DNA of 64,000 nucleotides from Marsupella aquatica (Eukaryota > Plantae > Marchantiophyta), in the NCBI GenBank assembly GCA_973895155.1, contig OZ316895.1, forward strand, positions 9,102,184 through 9,166,183. The letters run 5' to 3'. The notes under the pieces were generated by a model. The model was not told where the DNA came from. It did no database searches and saw only the letters and a list, made by a program, of their open reading frames with translations. Below are positions 27,802-40,395 of the stretch, in pieces. Each line of letters begins with the position of its first letter. The stretch's first letter is position 1. The translations under genes were made by a program, and so were the position numbers.

Positions 27802-28053
27802 CTAATTTAAATCCCTAGTCCTCCCATGGGCACCCAACGTTCCTGCAGATGTGATTTTTCCCGGCTCGTGGTCGTGAATTTCCCCGTCTTTGTTATAGGT
27901 TCCACCCTGGCGAAGTGGAATCCTTGTTGGAGGTTCCACCCGTCTGTCTTTCAATCGTTCATAGTAGGGAATCTTCCATTGAAACTCTGAACTGCATACG
28001 ATACTCAGAGAAAACACTAACACCAAAATGAGTGTATCAAAGAGGCAGAGCAT
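27802..28053 (-). CDS. Candidate small secreted peptide precursor (83 aa)
   Basis: True ATG; signal-peptide-like N-terminus MLCLFDTLILVLVFSLSIVCS/S followed by a hydrophilic, Cys-free tail with a dibasic RR. No family motif recognised. Confidence 0.35.
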   Translation of the reverse strand: MLCLFDTLILVLVFSLSIVCSSEFQWKIPYYERLKDRRVEPPTRIPLRQGGTYNKDGEIHDHEPGKITSAGTLGAHGRTRDLN

Positions 28054-29499
28054 TGCTCCCTTTCGGTTCGATCAGGGAACTTTCTGAGCGTTACTTTCTA
28101 CCGGCAATCCGGCACCGACGAGCAGCGAAGCTCTGATCGATCAGGCTCTGATCGAAGTCTGGAACTCAGGCTTCGCCGTCCTGGCTTGCGCAAGACTGTT
28201 ACAAGATTACCAATTTGAATTTCAAAGTGAAGCTCAACGGAATATGCAAACCGTGGTTGTTCTTAGCCTGAGCCTGAGACTGTACTCCAGTATTTCTGTG
28301 CCAGATGCCGTACATCACCGTCTGCGGAATGCATCCGTTATTTTATTTTGCGAAAAGTGAGGTATTTGTTGGATGGGACCCCAAAATAAAAAGTGTTTTT
28401 TGTTCGTACCCTATCAACGGTCCTGATCACTCAGGTTTCGTATTAGGTATTTTCTATTTTGGGTCCCGTCAAGCAAATACTTATCGAAAATTATATTAAA
28501 TCATCAGCCCTCAGTCCAGCAATTAGTTCTTGGACCCCCACAAATTTTGATTGAGATTGAAAAGTACATAGATATTGATATAGATAAATGTGTTATGCAA
28601 CAACTCATTAATCTATGAGAACACATTTAATTCATTTTTTACTTTTTCTCTTTGTGCTTACCAGTTGCTGGTTTATCTCGGTAATGGTTGTAGAAATCCG
28701 CTTTGAACACTTTCCTCTCTTCGATCATTTTGAAGAGTTCTCTCCTGTTGATCCCGTTTACCATCTCAGTTGTCTCGATTCTGAGACCATTGCTGAAAAA
28801 AATTAAGAAAAAAATTGAAAAACTGACGAATCTGTGATCTATTTATTAAGCTACTAAGAAAACTGCAAAGAAAGTTCCCCAATCCATTACATAGACACCG
28901 TCGGAACGACTTAAATGCAACTTAAATGCAAAGCATAAATTGTCTTATGCAGATATCTGTCCAAAATAACTAGCCTTAAGGTTCGACATTACAATATACA
29001 AGAACATCCAAAAGGCACAAAGAACCGAAAGACTTGCATACGTAAATTTCCCTCGATAAGATTCGACCCAATCCACAATGGAAGATGTAAAACTACTTCT
29101 CAATGCAATTTTTCAAAATGTAATTTCATCATGCAAATATGAAGCTGTCCTGTCGGAAGATAGCTAGCCCCATTGCTAAGATGATTCAGAGGTCGGAAGT
29201 GCCGTCGTGGAATTGCCGTCATGGAGTCCTATAAAGTAATATTTATAAAAAAAATTGGGTTCCCATCAAAGCAAAATCACTCAGAGGCCCTATTAAGTAA
29301 TTTTTTTAATTTTGAGGTCCCGTCAATGGAATACTTAAAATTCTATAAAAATATCAGCTTTTAGTCATATAACAACACAATCAGCTTACCCCAAAAATAT
29401 GTAAACGAAACAACATTGAGGGTTTAAACCCTAAAGAAAACAACCCCTTGGATGTAAATTTGTCAACACTCACTGATATAACAAACATTTACGTCTAAC

Positions 29500-29692
29500 A
29501 ATTCAGTGATTATAACAAAAAAGATACAAAAGTTTTATCATGGCATGGAAATCTGCCCAGTGATATAACAAAAAATAAAAGATGTTTAACATGGCATGGA
29601 AAAGGTTTATCATGGTCTAGAAAATCTGCGCAACCTGTGGACACAAGGTTTATCATGGTCTGGAAAATCTGCGCAACCTGTGGACACTTATC
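29500..29692. repeat. Short tandem duplications (43 bp x2 plus a degenerate ~50 bp pair)
   Basis: aaggtttatcatggtct(a/g)gaaaatctgcgcaacctgtggacac at ~29602 and ~29645; cagtgat(t)ataacaaaaaa...catggcatggaaa twice just upstream. Confidence 0.8.
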
Positions 29693-29801
29693 AATGGTGA
29701 CATAGTACTCTGTATGCTGGACTTTTCATGTGCATTAACCAGGAATGCTTTGGACTGACTCCACCAGGGTAATTATTTGATTTTCATTTTGCTTCTACCA
29801 C

Positions 29802-30012
29802 ATTTTCCCCCAAATTGCTCAACCTTCTTAAGTTGCCCAGAAAACTAATTTAATTAGTAAGCCGCTCCCATGGACCCATGCAGTAATCTTAGTTGTATAT
29901 TTCAACTATGTAAAATAGTCAAGGCTGTCCGATTCCTTGCAAGGGGCCCAATCTAGTAATCAAATTAGTCTAAGGGGCAGCTAAGTAATTTTGCTCAATT
30001 TGGGGGGCAAAA
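29802..30012. mobile_element. Small degenerate foldback MITE (Mutator-like)
   Basis: Left arm ttttcccccaaattgctcaa...agttgccc...actaatttaattagta is an imperfect reverse complement of right arm tagtaatcaaattagtctaaggggcagct...ctcaatttggggggcaaaa (~55 bp). Confidence 0.6.
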
Positions 30013-30632
30013 TAGCTATTGCCAGGGTGGCAATTGTCACCTTATATGAGCCCAAAGATGCTAAGAATGATACTTATCTAATTTTCCTAGATTACTTTTT
30101 TTACCATTAGATCTTTCTAGATTTAAGGTAACCGCCAGGTTCTGTTGGACTATGGTGAGATATTTTCCTAGCCATAAGGGAATGGCTAGGAAACCCTAAA
30201 CCCATCACTCCTGGCAGCTCACACTCTCCTATAAATCCAATTGCTAGGTCAACTCGTCTACTTCTCACAACATCAGACTGCCTCGCCATGCTTGACAACA
30301 CTTCAATTTAACATCACTTACTTTAGAAAACATCATACAACACATGAGCAACTAATTCTCATAGGAAAACCTCTACGTGCAGTGCATGTAAGTCTTTCGA
30401 GGCAGTTTCATCACAAATTTAATTTACTCCCCCATTCCCCAACAGATTACTGTACCATATTTATCATCAGGCCGAGCTTTCTTGAGAATCATGGGTGCCA
30501 ATTTTTTTAATTAATTATTATGGGCACGAACTTACTGTACTTACTACAGGACTACGGTACCAGACGCCGTTCCATTCTCGTGCTTCATCCAGTCGCACAC
30601 TTCCACTCCTTCCGCCATTCCATAGCTTTGCG

Positions 30633-33600
30633 ATGGCTCCCAACAAACGTAAGCGCACTGTGCAAACAGCAGGAGCCGCACCAGCGAACCCAATCCGCGT
30701 GAAATGTCCTGCCTGCGAGGTGCGTGTGCTGGACAACAATTGCCCTAATCCCCTTGAAACTGACGTGATTTGCATGTGAGTAGATGTCTTCATTCCTTTG
30801 CATCTTAGCAATTTTCCTAGAGTTAGCTTTCCACGTTTTCAGCTATCGAAGAAGAATTGAGCAACGGTCCTGGTTAGTTACAAATCATTGGTAGTAGTGA
30901 CTTCTCTGATTGTAGTTTGCACTGAGCGGTTGTTAGTCCTCAACTCTCACCTCGGTGAGTTCATTTCTTGAACAGAGCCATTTGGTCGTTCAATTGATTC
31001 CTTATGCGTGGTATTCTTTCTGCTTCAAGACAGAGTGAGAATGTGTGACATAGTTTCCCTTTCGACAAATCTGTTGCATTCCTTTTGAGAATGTCGAGAA
31101 GAGTTTGACAGTAACTGATGCTGTGCTCTACTGTGGAAGTGGAACGTTCACAGAAGGAGGTCCCATCTTTCTTTGTCAACTCGCACTTGGACTTGGAATG
31201 CCCGGTCCTGACAAAGGCCTCTGCACTCCCGGGACTACCAGCTCCTTCGCCCTCAGCTGGGAAAACTTTCGGCTGCTATTCTCCATCAAGAGGCCAACGC
31301 CAGGGGAGCTCTCTCCAAATTGTAAGTGGTAAAATGTAGGGTTTCTGGAACTCTCACGTTGAAGAATATGTATGTTTACAGCCATCAAAGATAAGACCAT
31401 TGTTGTCACCGAAGATTGCCCTGTCTCATCGACGTACTGTCCACGGATTCTACTGGGTGTGGGCCGTTTTGCCTTTGATTCTTTGCTTCGGGTTTGGGTT
31501 TTGGAATTGAATATTGATTTTGTGTTGTCTAGACTAAGAGCCATGTATATACTCTGGAAAATCTCAGTTGGGGAAAGCAAGTTTATCGTGTGGCCGAAGG
31601 CTGTTTTTTTCACAGCTGAGATTCCGTTTCCATTCTACCGGATTGTCTCGTAGTTTGTGAACAATCCTAGGCACAAAATAAGTCATTTTAAACTAAATGC
31701 ACCAGTTTTTTGTTTTCTCTTGCGCCCTTGCGGTACAAATCCAGAACACAAATTCATCATCCCTTGGTTCCCTGTTGGATTGTGACTACTGGCTTTTTGA
31801 GCATCTTCGGATTGGTTCAATTGTTGATTCATGCTCTGTTTTTGGGAACTAATATGAGACGCAGCACTGGATTGATGAGTGTGCTTCCTCTGAAATATCA
31901 TTTTCGTGGGAATCCGAACTAATCACAGAGACAGAGGCTTTTATTGTCAGAGATGAGGTTCCACTTCTATTGGAGAAGATTGTCGTAACCTTTGTTCACC
32001 GTCTGCCTTGTCGTTTTCTGTAGGATAGTGAGCAGCTCTTAACACAATAAGGATGTTATTTTATGAGCTTTTCTCTCAGTTATTGACATGCAAGTGCGTT
32101 GGCAAATTGTTAGGACGAGAGAATCATTCAGTCCTCCTTGAAAAATGACAGCTCTCTCGCGTCTTCGTTGTTGGAGTTTGATGAACCTAAATCCTGGGAG
32201 GATGAAAGAGGTGAGGTCACCACGGGTATTGCAGCTCACAAGGATCGTCCATCCTACGATAGGGACGTTGATAATTGTGTCAGGGATTGGGGTAGTGCCC
32301 GCGAAATCCAATTCGAAGTGTTTAGAAATCATTCAATGAGTCTCAAGGATGATGAACTGGAGAGAATTAGAAGAGAAGGAAGTGATTCTCGCAAGGAACA
32401 CTCTCAAAGTGCCGGGATTCAACTACCAAATTCAAGCTGCCAATCTGTTCACCCACGGGCAGATAGATGCTCAACTCAGTCAAGTAAGCCCGGGTACTTC
32501 GCTAGCATCTCGGGCTGTTTTCCATCTTTGCCGCCGCAGAAAATCATGGCTCCCAAAGGACTTCAAGTGGTAGAGGACTTCATTACACCTGAGGTATCCA
32601 AGCTGCCTTCCGTCCCCCGTATTGCAGTCAGAAGCAGGTGTAGGCGAAATGCATGAAGTCCTTCTCGATCTCCTTCTCGATGTTTTTGTTCACAGGTGAC
32701 TTCATTCTGCAGAGAGCGAAAAGCCATTTTCTCGTGTCTCTTTTGTCGAAGTGCCAGTGATGATGATGAGTGCTACTGTTGGACAAGATAGACAGGGAGG
32801 TCACATTCTCATTTTGGAGTTACAGATGCACAATACTAGTACTTTAGCAATGTAGGTATGAGACCCTGATGTAACGCGATAACTTGGGTTTTTTGAAGGA
32901 AGAGGAGTATCTATTGCATTGCCTTGACACAGACGTAAGTAATTCATGGAAGCCCAGCAAAACCAACGGCATACATCAAGGAAAAGCCTATGGAAATCAT
33001 ATCTATGGAGACTACAAAAGAAAGTAGGTTATATTTGTCCACTCTCGAACCATGTAAAACTCATTTGTTGTCATAGATTTATATCTTCGAGGATATGTTT
33101 TTAGCTGGGTCCCGTGTGTCCTGTTGACGTGGATAATTGTTACTCTGATCTGGCTGATTGGTAGGGTAGTTTCACAGGCGAACAGTCCAATGCCAGACTT
33201 TGTTCTCCCATATGTTAAGCGGATGAGAGACAAAGTGCCAGCGTTGAAGGAATTTTTCCCTAACGAAATGAACTCCATCGATTATCGGAAAGAGCACGGT
33301 CACTACTTAAAGGCACATATGGACGATCGACAGGTAGGGCAGTACACTAGCATTCAGTTTCCTCAACACAGAAGTAGAAAAGCTTCGTTTACGTATTTGA
33401 GGTCTCTTGCAGTGCCTCTGCTCGACCTCCGAGTTATCTTGTCTTAGGTTTAGTGCTCTCTGTCGTGCTTGCTGCTGTAGGAAAATCCGGGCTAATTCAC
33501 ATCAGTGGGACTTGATTCAATTATAGTGGAAAATATTGGTGAATTTGAGCTTGGCTGGCTGCTGTCGTGCTTGCTGCTGTAGGATAATCTGGGCTAATTC

Positions 33601-34045
33601 ACATCAGTGGGACTTGATTCAGTTATCGGGGAAAATATTGGTGAACTTGAGCTTGGCTGGCTGCTGCTTCATGACCTACACACGAGAACTTCGTGTAAAA
33701 GAGGCATATCAAGTAAAGCTAGCACCACGTTCTTTACAGGTAGCCTTTCTCTCTGATAGGAACGCATCATCATTTCATTCCTCGAATGGACGACTAAAGT
33801 AGGGACAGCAATACAATAAACTACAAAAGATGGATGTTGTGGAGATTCAGGATTATGTAGTACGACTGATCTCAGCTGTAAACTGGGCTTGTGTCTCTTA
33901 ACAGATTTTGACAGGGGAGAGTCGCTACAGTTACACTCATGGTATTCAAAGGGCTGACATTTTAGATCCTCGGAGAGTGAGCATGACTTTTAGACAATCA
34001 GTTCAAACTTCTCCAAACATTTGTTCAAGCAGGTTATATAATTGA
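30633..34045 (+). CDS. AlkB-family 2OG-Fe(II) dioxygenase (ALKBH4-like) with N-terminal NLS and Rad18-type UBZ4 zinc finger; 7 exons
   Basis: Exons ~30633-30719, 31154-31321, 32114-32593, 32899-33023, 33165-33333, 33623-33739 and 33905-34045 join in phase. The product reads MAPNKRKR..VKCPACE|KEVPSFFVNSHLDLEC (UBZ4), GLQVVEDFITPEEE, NSIDYRKEHGHYLKAHMDD (HxD), LAPRSLQILTGESRYSYTHGI (distal His), RRVSMTFR (2OG-binding Args). Confidence 0.88.
33461..33664 (+). repeat. 102 bp tandem duplication spanning the exon-6 splice acceptor of the AlkB gene
   Basis: Copies start at 33461 and 33563 (tgtcgtgcttgctgctgtagga...); copy 1 has gattcAAttatag where copy 2 has gattcAG|ttatcg. Confidence 0.9.
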
Positions 34046-34306
34046 ATCCTCTGTGTTATTGTCTTTAGAAGATGTATTATTCCCACACACACAGGTTTTT
34101 CCTTGTGACAGGAAATAGGAATTATCATAATAGCAAAAATAGTCAAAAATAGCAGGAGTTAAATAATTAAAGATAGCATGAGTTTTTGTACCCAATGCCA
34201 AAAGAAAATTCTCATTTTAGGTACCAAAAACTCCAGATATGTTTTACACATGAAGATATCATTTGATAATAGTTCAAGAATGCTTGCAACAAAAATCTTC
34301 ACAGAG

Positions 34307-34492
34307 CAACAAAAGAAACTTATAAATCCTAACCCAATAAGGATTGACAATTCTTGAATGTTTGGATCTGGAATGTTATGCTTACTCAAGCTGATCTCTC
34401 AACAAAAGAAACTTATAAATCCTAATCCAATAAGGATTGACAATTCTTGAGTGTTTGGATTTGGAATGTTATGCTTTTTCAAACTGATCTCT
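34307..34492. repeat. 93 bp tandem duplication
   Basis: caacaaaagaaacttataaatcctaa...ctgatctct at 34307 and 34400 with a few substitutions. Confidence 0.9.
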
Positions 34493-34689
34493 TATCTAGC
34501 ACAATCCATCTCTTGTGCATCTCCATTGACATCTAAGGAGAATCAATGAGCTTGCTCTTCCCCTATGGATGAGATTGTTTTGCTAATTGAGTTTTCATCC
34601 CTTGATAAGCACAGACACTCCCTATATAGTGGTCAGTCATGAGATAATTTATTGTTGTTTAGAATGTTATGACCAAAAAAACAGTTAGT

Positions 34690-35060
34690 TACTCTATTTA
34701 TATACCAATTTTCATGCTCAAAAATATTGTGCATGACGTCAAAATCATATAAATATTATGACATAAAAGTTTATTCCCCTTTAGACACCCCAATTGTCAT
34801 GCTCAAACTAACTTGAATGGTGTACTCCATTTATATACCAATGTTCATGCACAAAAGTTATTATGACATAAAAGTTTATTCCCCTTTAGACACCCCAATT
34901 GTCATGCTCAAACTAACTTGAATGGTGTACTCCATTTATATACCAATGTTCATGCACAAAAGTATCGCGCATGAGGTCAAATCATATAAATATTATAACA
35001 TAAAAGCTTATTCCCCTTTAGACACCCCAATTGTCATGCTTAAACTAACTTGAATGATAT
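34690..35060. repeat. Three near-identical ~105-130 bp tandem units in AT-rich TE-like DNA
   Basis: tattat(g/a)acataaaag(t/c)ttattcccc(t)ttagacacccc..aattgtcatgct(c/t)aaactaacttgaat at ~34753, ~34858 and ~34991. Confidence 0.9.
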
Positions 35061-35426
35061 TGCATCGTACTTTGATTTGACAAACTACTAATAAAACAAC
35101 ACATCATAGCAAAAGTTTCATGCATGTTCTAAAGTACTCCCTCAAAGATTGAATGTGGGGATTGACCAAAGGTTAACTTCCTCACATAAAGTGATGTGAG
35201 CGAAAATGTATACTCTTGCTATCAAATACAATACACTCTGGTCATTTGAATGCTTTAAACAATGATAAGAAGTTGGACAGAGTGTAAATTTTGATCCAAC
35301 CGCCTTAGATCATTAATGAATGCTGTGTTATTTTTGGTAGTAATAAGGTCAGCAACAATGACATTGAAAAATATTAATGATAAATATAAAAATTAAAAGA
35401 TAACAAATGATGATATAATATAATAA

Positions 35427-36720
35427 CACTACAAACTAATATAATAATATGATAATTAAAGCCATTGTTTTTGACCAAAATTTATAGCAGTTGACGCTAA
35501 TCAAAATATATCCTTTAGGCTATATTCATTTTTGTTCATATTCCCATAGTAGCATCTACCGCCAACAAAGAGTACTTTTTGGTGAGCTCTCATTTACATA
35601 GATATTTCTTTATTATATGCAAAATTGCATGACCTTCTAAAATATCCTTTAGTGTATTTATCAACGATAGCAAACATAAAAGATAAAAAAATGTTAATAC
35701 TATTAGTGAAATATGTGGTATAACAATAAACAAGTAAAGCTAACAGACTCAAAAAAAAGTTTCTCTAGAGGGTTTGGGCCAGAGTCACATTACTAGCTCC
35801 TAGTGTTAGTAATGTTCATTTGTTTTTCTATATTTTTTTGCATAAAATTTCTCTTATAAATTTCTCAAAATGGTGCTATTGTATTAATGTTAATTTACTT
35901 CTCCAATTGAATTTGCTAAATTTTTTATCATAAATACACTCAACATAATGTTATTGCAAAGAGTCTAAGCTCGAGTGTGATATTACTAGCTCTCGGAGCT
36001 AGTAATATTCTTTCATTTTTATAGTTTTTTTAGCTTAATTTTTTTCATAAAACACTCAAAATATTGTCATTTTGGAGGATCCAAATTGGTGTGATATTAC
36101 TAGCTTACAGCGTAATGTTCTTTTATTTTTATTATCTTTTTGCTTATTTTTTATGTAACATGCTCAAAATACTCTTATTCTGGAGGGTCCAGGTGGGTGT
36201 GACATGACTAGCTCTTGGCACTAGTAATATGTCATCATTTTTTTGAGTCTTTTCTTACTATTTTTTTTTGTAAACATGCACTCATATAATATAATTTTGG
36301 ACTGTTTTGATGACTTAAATATTATTAGTTCTTGGTCATAGTAATATTTTTTTATTTTTTATACTAATTTTAGCTCACTTTTTGTATAAGTTTTTAAAAA
36401 TATTATCATTCTTAGAGGGGATCAAGCCAAGTAGGATATTACTAGCGCGCAGTGCTAGTAGTCTTTTTATCTTTTTTATTTATTTTTTATAGGTTTATTT
36501 TTATTAGTTTTTGTAATTACCTTTTTTGCCAATTCTCTTTAAAAAATGATGGATGTTACTAGATATGAAAGTGTCATTTGATAATAGCACTTGCTGCTTT
36601 TATCAATCACTACATCAAAAAAAATTGATTTGTGATAGTGTCTGGCACTATCATATATTCTATACAAAATTTTAGGACTATTAAGATAGCATTTAGGTAC
36701 TAAATTAGGGATTATATCAT
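35427..36720. mobile_element. AT-rich CACTA-derived remnant with a spaced array of palindromes
   Basis: CACTACAAA at ~35427 and CACTACATCAAAA at ~36608; six palindromes of the form atattactagc-N8-9-(g/a)ctagtaatat at ~35786, 35979, 36093, 36201, 36319 and 36435. Confidence 0.45.
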
Positions 36721-38699
36721 ATTAATATGTTAAATTTCTTTCAATTTCTTTTGCATCTGGAGCTATTACGAGATTTGCTCCAAGATTTAATGCAAGAGTT
36801 TAATATTCAGAACCTTTAAAAGCATTCAATTAAGCCAATTTGTATAGTAAAGTATGAAATTATTATCATATTTGTCTTATTCTATACTAGATCTTTTGGG
36901 GTCACAAGAGAAAGTCAAACTCTAATCTTTTTGTAGTCCAAAACTTTTCTCATTTTCATAAGCACCTCACCCATTATGGGAATAATTTTAAAGTAATTCT
37001 AAGAAATTTTGTGAAGATAAGAACAACCCACATTTGTAGAATCAACAACTTGAAAATATAATGATGTTTGTGGTGTGAAAAAGACAAATTTAATCGTAGT
37101 CAAATTAATATTGTCCCAAAATCTTTTTGCGAAACAAAGATTGAAATAAGACTTGGTTTTATAATTTCATCTCATTTGTGTGCCTATCCGTCACATGGGT
37201 TGATAAATTCTTGTTACCCATGTAAAATTATATCCATACATTAATATTTATGTTCGAGAATATTAAAAAAAATCTGTGAAATTTTCCTATATTGAAGGTT
37301 TGATTTAAATAGAAATTAGATCTAAAAAATCCTTTCACATGAGGATTTTTTTTTGCCAAGATTGTGCCCCTTAGGTAAGCACTGTTTTAATCAGTTTGAT
37401 GATGATGTACACTTTAAGTCTCCTCTTAGAATTCAAAGAGAATTGGATTTGGCCAAATGCAAGAAATATGCACTTGGTTTATAGGAGAATTATATTGCAT
37501 ATTTGTAAGCATTCAACAAATATAGGAATTTGTTGTATGTTAATTGTAAATCTTGTCACTATATAAAAACTATGATGGTATTTTGGCTAGCATTGGAAGG
37601 GGGTATTAATGATAACTCTTGCCAAAATGCTAAATATCCACTGAAAAATACAAATTATATGTCTTCAATAAACCATGTACATTTTGTTTGCCTAACATGT
37701 GATATAATTTGCTAATTATAATCCTTGCAACTAATATAAAGACATGTCATTGTATTTTGGCTAGCGCTTGACGCTTAAAAATTTATCTCATTGTGACAAA
37801 GTAGGGTTTTTTTAAGACAAAAAGCGGTGGCCTGGATCATAGATATCATAAAAAAATTATTTTAGGGTTTTAAAAATGAAACTTTTTTTTGTTGTGAGCA
37901 CAAAAATATTATCTCTTTTGATTTTTTTTGTTAGGATTTTTGGTTTTATGTCACTGAGGTCAGGCCCCTCACAGGTTGGGCTGAACTTATTACTTAGTAT
38001 ATCATCATGACTCTCATCACGTGTTGTACATACTTCACCCACTATATGTAATCCCACTCTCACCTGCATATCGTAAATTTTGCAGATTTTGGGCATGAGC
38101 TATGATTCTTTATATCAAGAATCATGTGGCTGAGTTTTTGAAGGCAAAATCAAGTGTGCATCTGACTGATTCACTATGGATCTTCTGCGTCTTAATAGAA
38201 AGATTTTCTAAAAATTGAGATCTTGTTTTTCTGAGTCAACTTTTATGCACTGTTTAAAAGTGTAGCCAAATTTAAGCAACACATGAAGAGTACATGTAGA
38301 GTTAGCAACCGAGACAAAAATACAAAGAGGATAATTTGGTTATCAACAATGGTCTTACATATCATCTGAACCACTAGAGTCATTATCAGCTTAAATCGTC
38401 ATAAGGCTCAGCATTGATTGCATTTCAATGTGCTGTCCCTTAATTCTGGAAGGAATACAAGCTTCACGAGCTTCAAGTATCATCAATCCAAGGATTCCCA
38501 GGTGACAAAAATCATCTGCATATTGATGGTTGAGAGTATCTTTGAAAAAGTCCAAGGCATACGCTGATTCCCATTTGCAGAACCTACAAAGGGATGACTA
38601 TAGAGACTCATTTGCAGAACCTACATAGAGATGACTATAGAGATTTCTATCTGGTTTCAAACGGGCTAAGGTAGTAAATTCATGGACAACAGTAGAAAA

Positions 38700-39395
38700 A
38701 TTATTCTGATTTCTTAAAAAACTATATGTTATCCAAATAATTCCTTTGAAAACCTGCACAATCATCTTCAAAAGCTGATACCCCAGCCTTGATTACTTGC
38801 CTGAACAACGTTTTGCCCTTACAGAGTAATATCTTCCTTTTCTTCTCCACGTCTCCTTCCAGCACATTGTACCCCAAGTTGATGAGATCTTGTAGTGCCT
38901 GTGCAAATACTCCGAAATGGGCAATAGAGGGCTACAACAAACAATCCTCCTTTTTCATGGAAATTTGAGGAACTTTGTTGCTTTAAAAATAAATCCTTTG
39001 AACAGCTTTATCGTATGTGCTTTTCTGTTTAGTCCACCAATCGAATGTAAATACGAGGATAACACCTCCTCAATAACCTTGTAGACTCAACGCATACAAC
39101 TGCTCTGGACATCTGAACAAAGTACTTGTCTTTCAAGAGCATACTCTCCCACAGCATCTAGGAGGTTCCAAAATCACAAGTGCCTCTTGATTCCCAACAC
39201 CTGGATCCATAATTGTTCTTACTGGTTTGTGAGAGACATCGGACATTAGTATCAGAATCAACTTCACGGGAGTTTTCCAAGAAAGGTGCATCTACTATTG
39301 CCATGGGAATGGCAAAGTATCAGTCCACCACCTTTTCAAACTCCACACAAGGGATATCTTGAATGAAGACACTATGTTCCTAATTGCAAGTGACC
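38700..39395 (-). pseudogene. Degenerate coding-like fragment of unknown origin
   Basis: After a ttttttgcag acceptor, the minus strand gives protein-like stretches (FWNLLDAVGEYALERQVLCSD..., PSIAHFGVFAQALQDLINLGYNVLEGDVEKKRKILLCKG...) broken by stops and frameshifts. No family recognised. Confidence 0.3.
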
Positions 39396-39615
39396 TGCAA
39401 AAAATCCGGTGATCTGTGATCAGTAGAAAAATACTTGTTGATTTTCAGTCATGCAGAGGAAAGTGAAGGCAAGGGAAGGTGGACGGGGCGAACTCGGCAC
39501 GAGCAAGAACACAGCACCAAAAGGCATATCCGTCACGCACAGCTTCAAGCTATTCACAAGCAAGCAAGCCGGAGGCGGTAAATAATTAACATGAGAGGCA
39601 AGGATAATAGGCATA

Positions 39616-40395
39616 AAGCTTTTTATTAACCTGTCCCCCAAAGTGAGCTAAATTACTAACCTACCCCCAAAATGATTTTAATTGCTAGGTTGCCCCCCCA
39701 TATTATATACATTAATTAATAGTTTTAGTTAACCCAGGATGATTTTTCATTGGTGGACTGACACATGGCAATGCACTATTGGCTCCGCCTTACCCTGGCC
39801 AAGTTTACCCTCACCGGGCTAGCTCTTTCCCATTTTTTGAATGAGCCCTGCACCAAACAGGGTTGGCCCATCCCCCTCTCGAGTTTTAAATCCCGATGAC
39901 CTAGCTTGAATCAGGCGATAGGCTCAAATGTGGGTTTGTTTACACATAGAAAACATGTATACTATCGGGGTCTCTTTCCTTCAGACAAGTGGGAGTAGGG
40001 TGGATCATCGGGACCCAAGGATCATCAGGCACCTATGGAGTGTGGGACCCCATTTTTGAAGGGAAATTGCAACACCCAGCCAGCAAGGTCATCAGGGTTG
40101 GGATCTCGGTTGGGATTGGAACTTGTGAGGGGGAGGGGCAGCCCTGGTTGGTGCAAGACTTGTTCAAAACATGGGAAAGTGCTAGCCGAGTGAGGGTAAG
40201 CTCGGCCAGGGTAAGGCAGAGCCAATTGCGCCTCGCCACGTGTTAGTCCACCAATGAGAAATCCCTCTGGGTTAACTAAATCAGCTACTTTAACCGATAT
40301 ATACAATATGGGGTGGGGCAACCTAGGAATTAAAATAATTTTGGGGGTAGGTTAGTAATTTAACTCACTTTGGGAGACATGATAATAAAAAGCTG
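39616..40395. mobile_element. Non-autonomous Mutator-like foldback element (~780 bp) with ~280 bp TIRs and a 10 bp TSD
   Basis: Left agctttttatta..cccccaaagtgagctaaattactaacctacccccaaaat..ccttaccctggcc.. is reverse-complemented at the right end (..ggccagggtaagg..attttgggggtaggttagtaatttaactcactttggg..taataaaaagct). Direct repeat AATAGGCATA at 39606-39615 and 40396-40405. Confidence 0.88.

Noticed and set aside
35780-36470. CRISPR-like repeat-spacer appearance
   Set aside because: Eukaryotic context, degenerate repeats, long T-rich spacers that resemble each other, and no cas genes.
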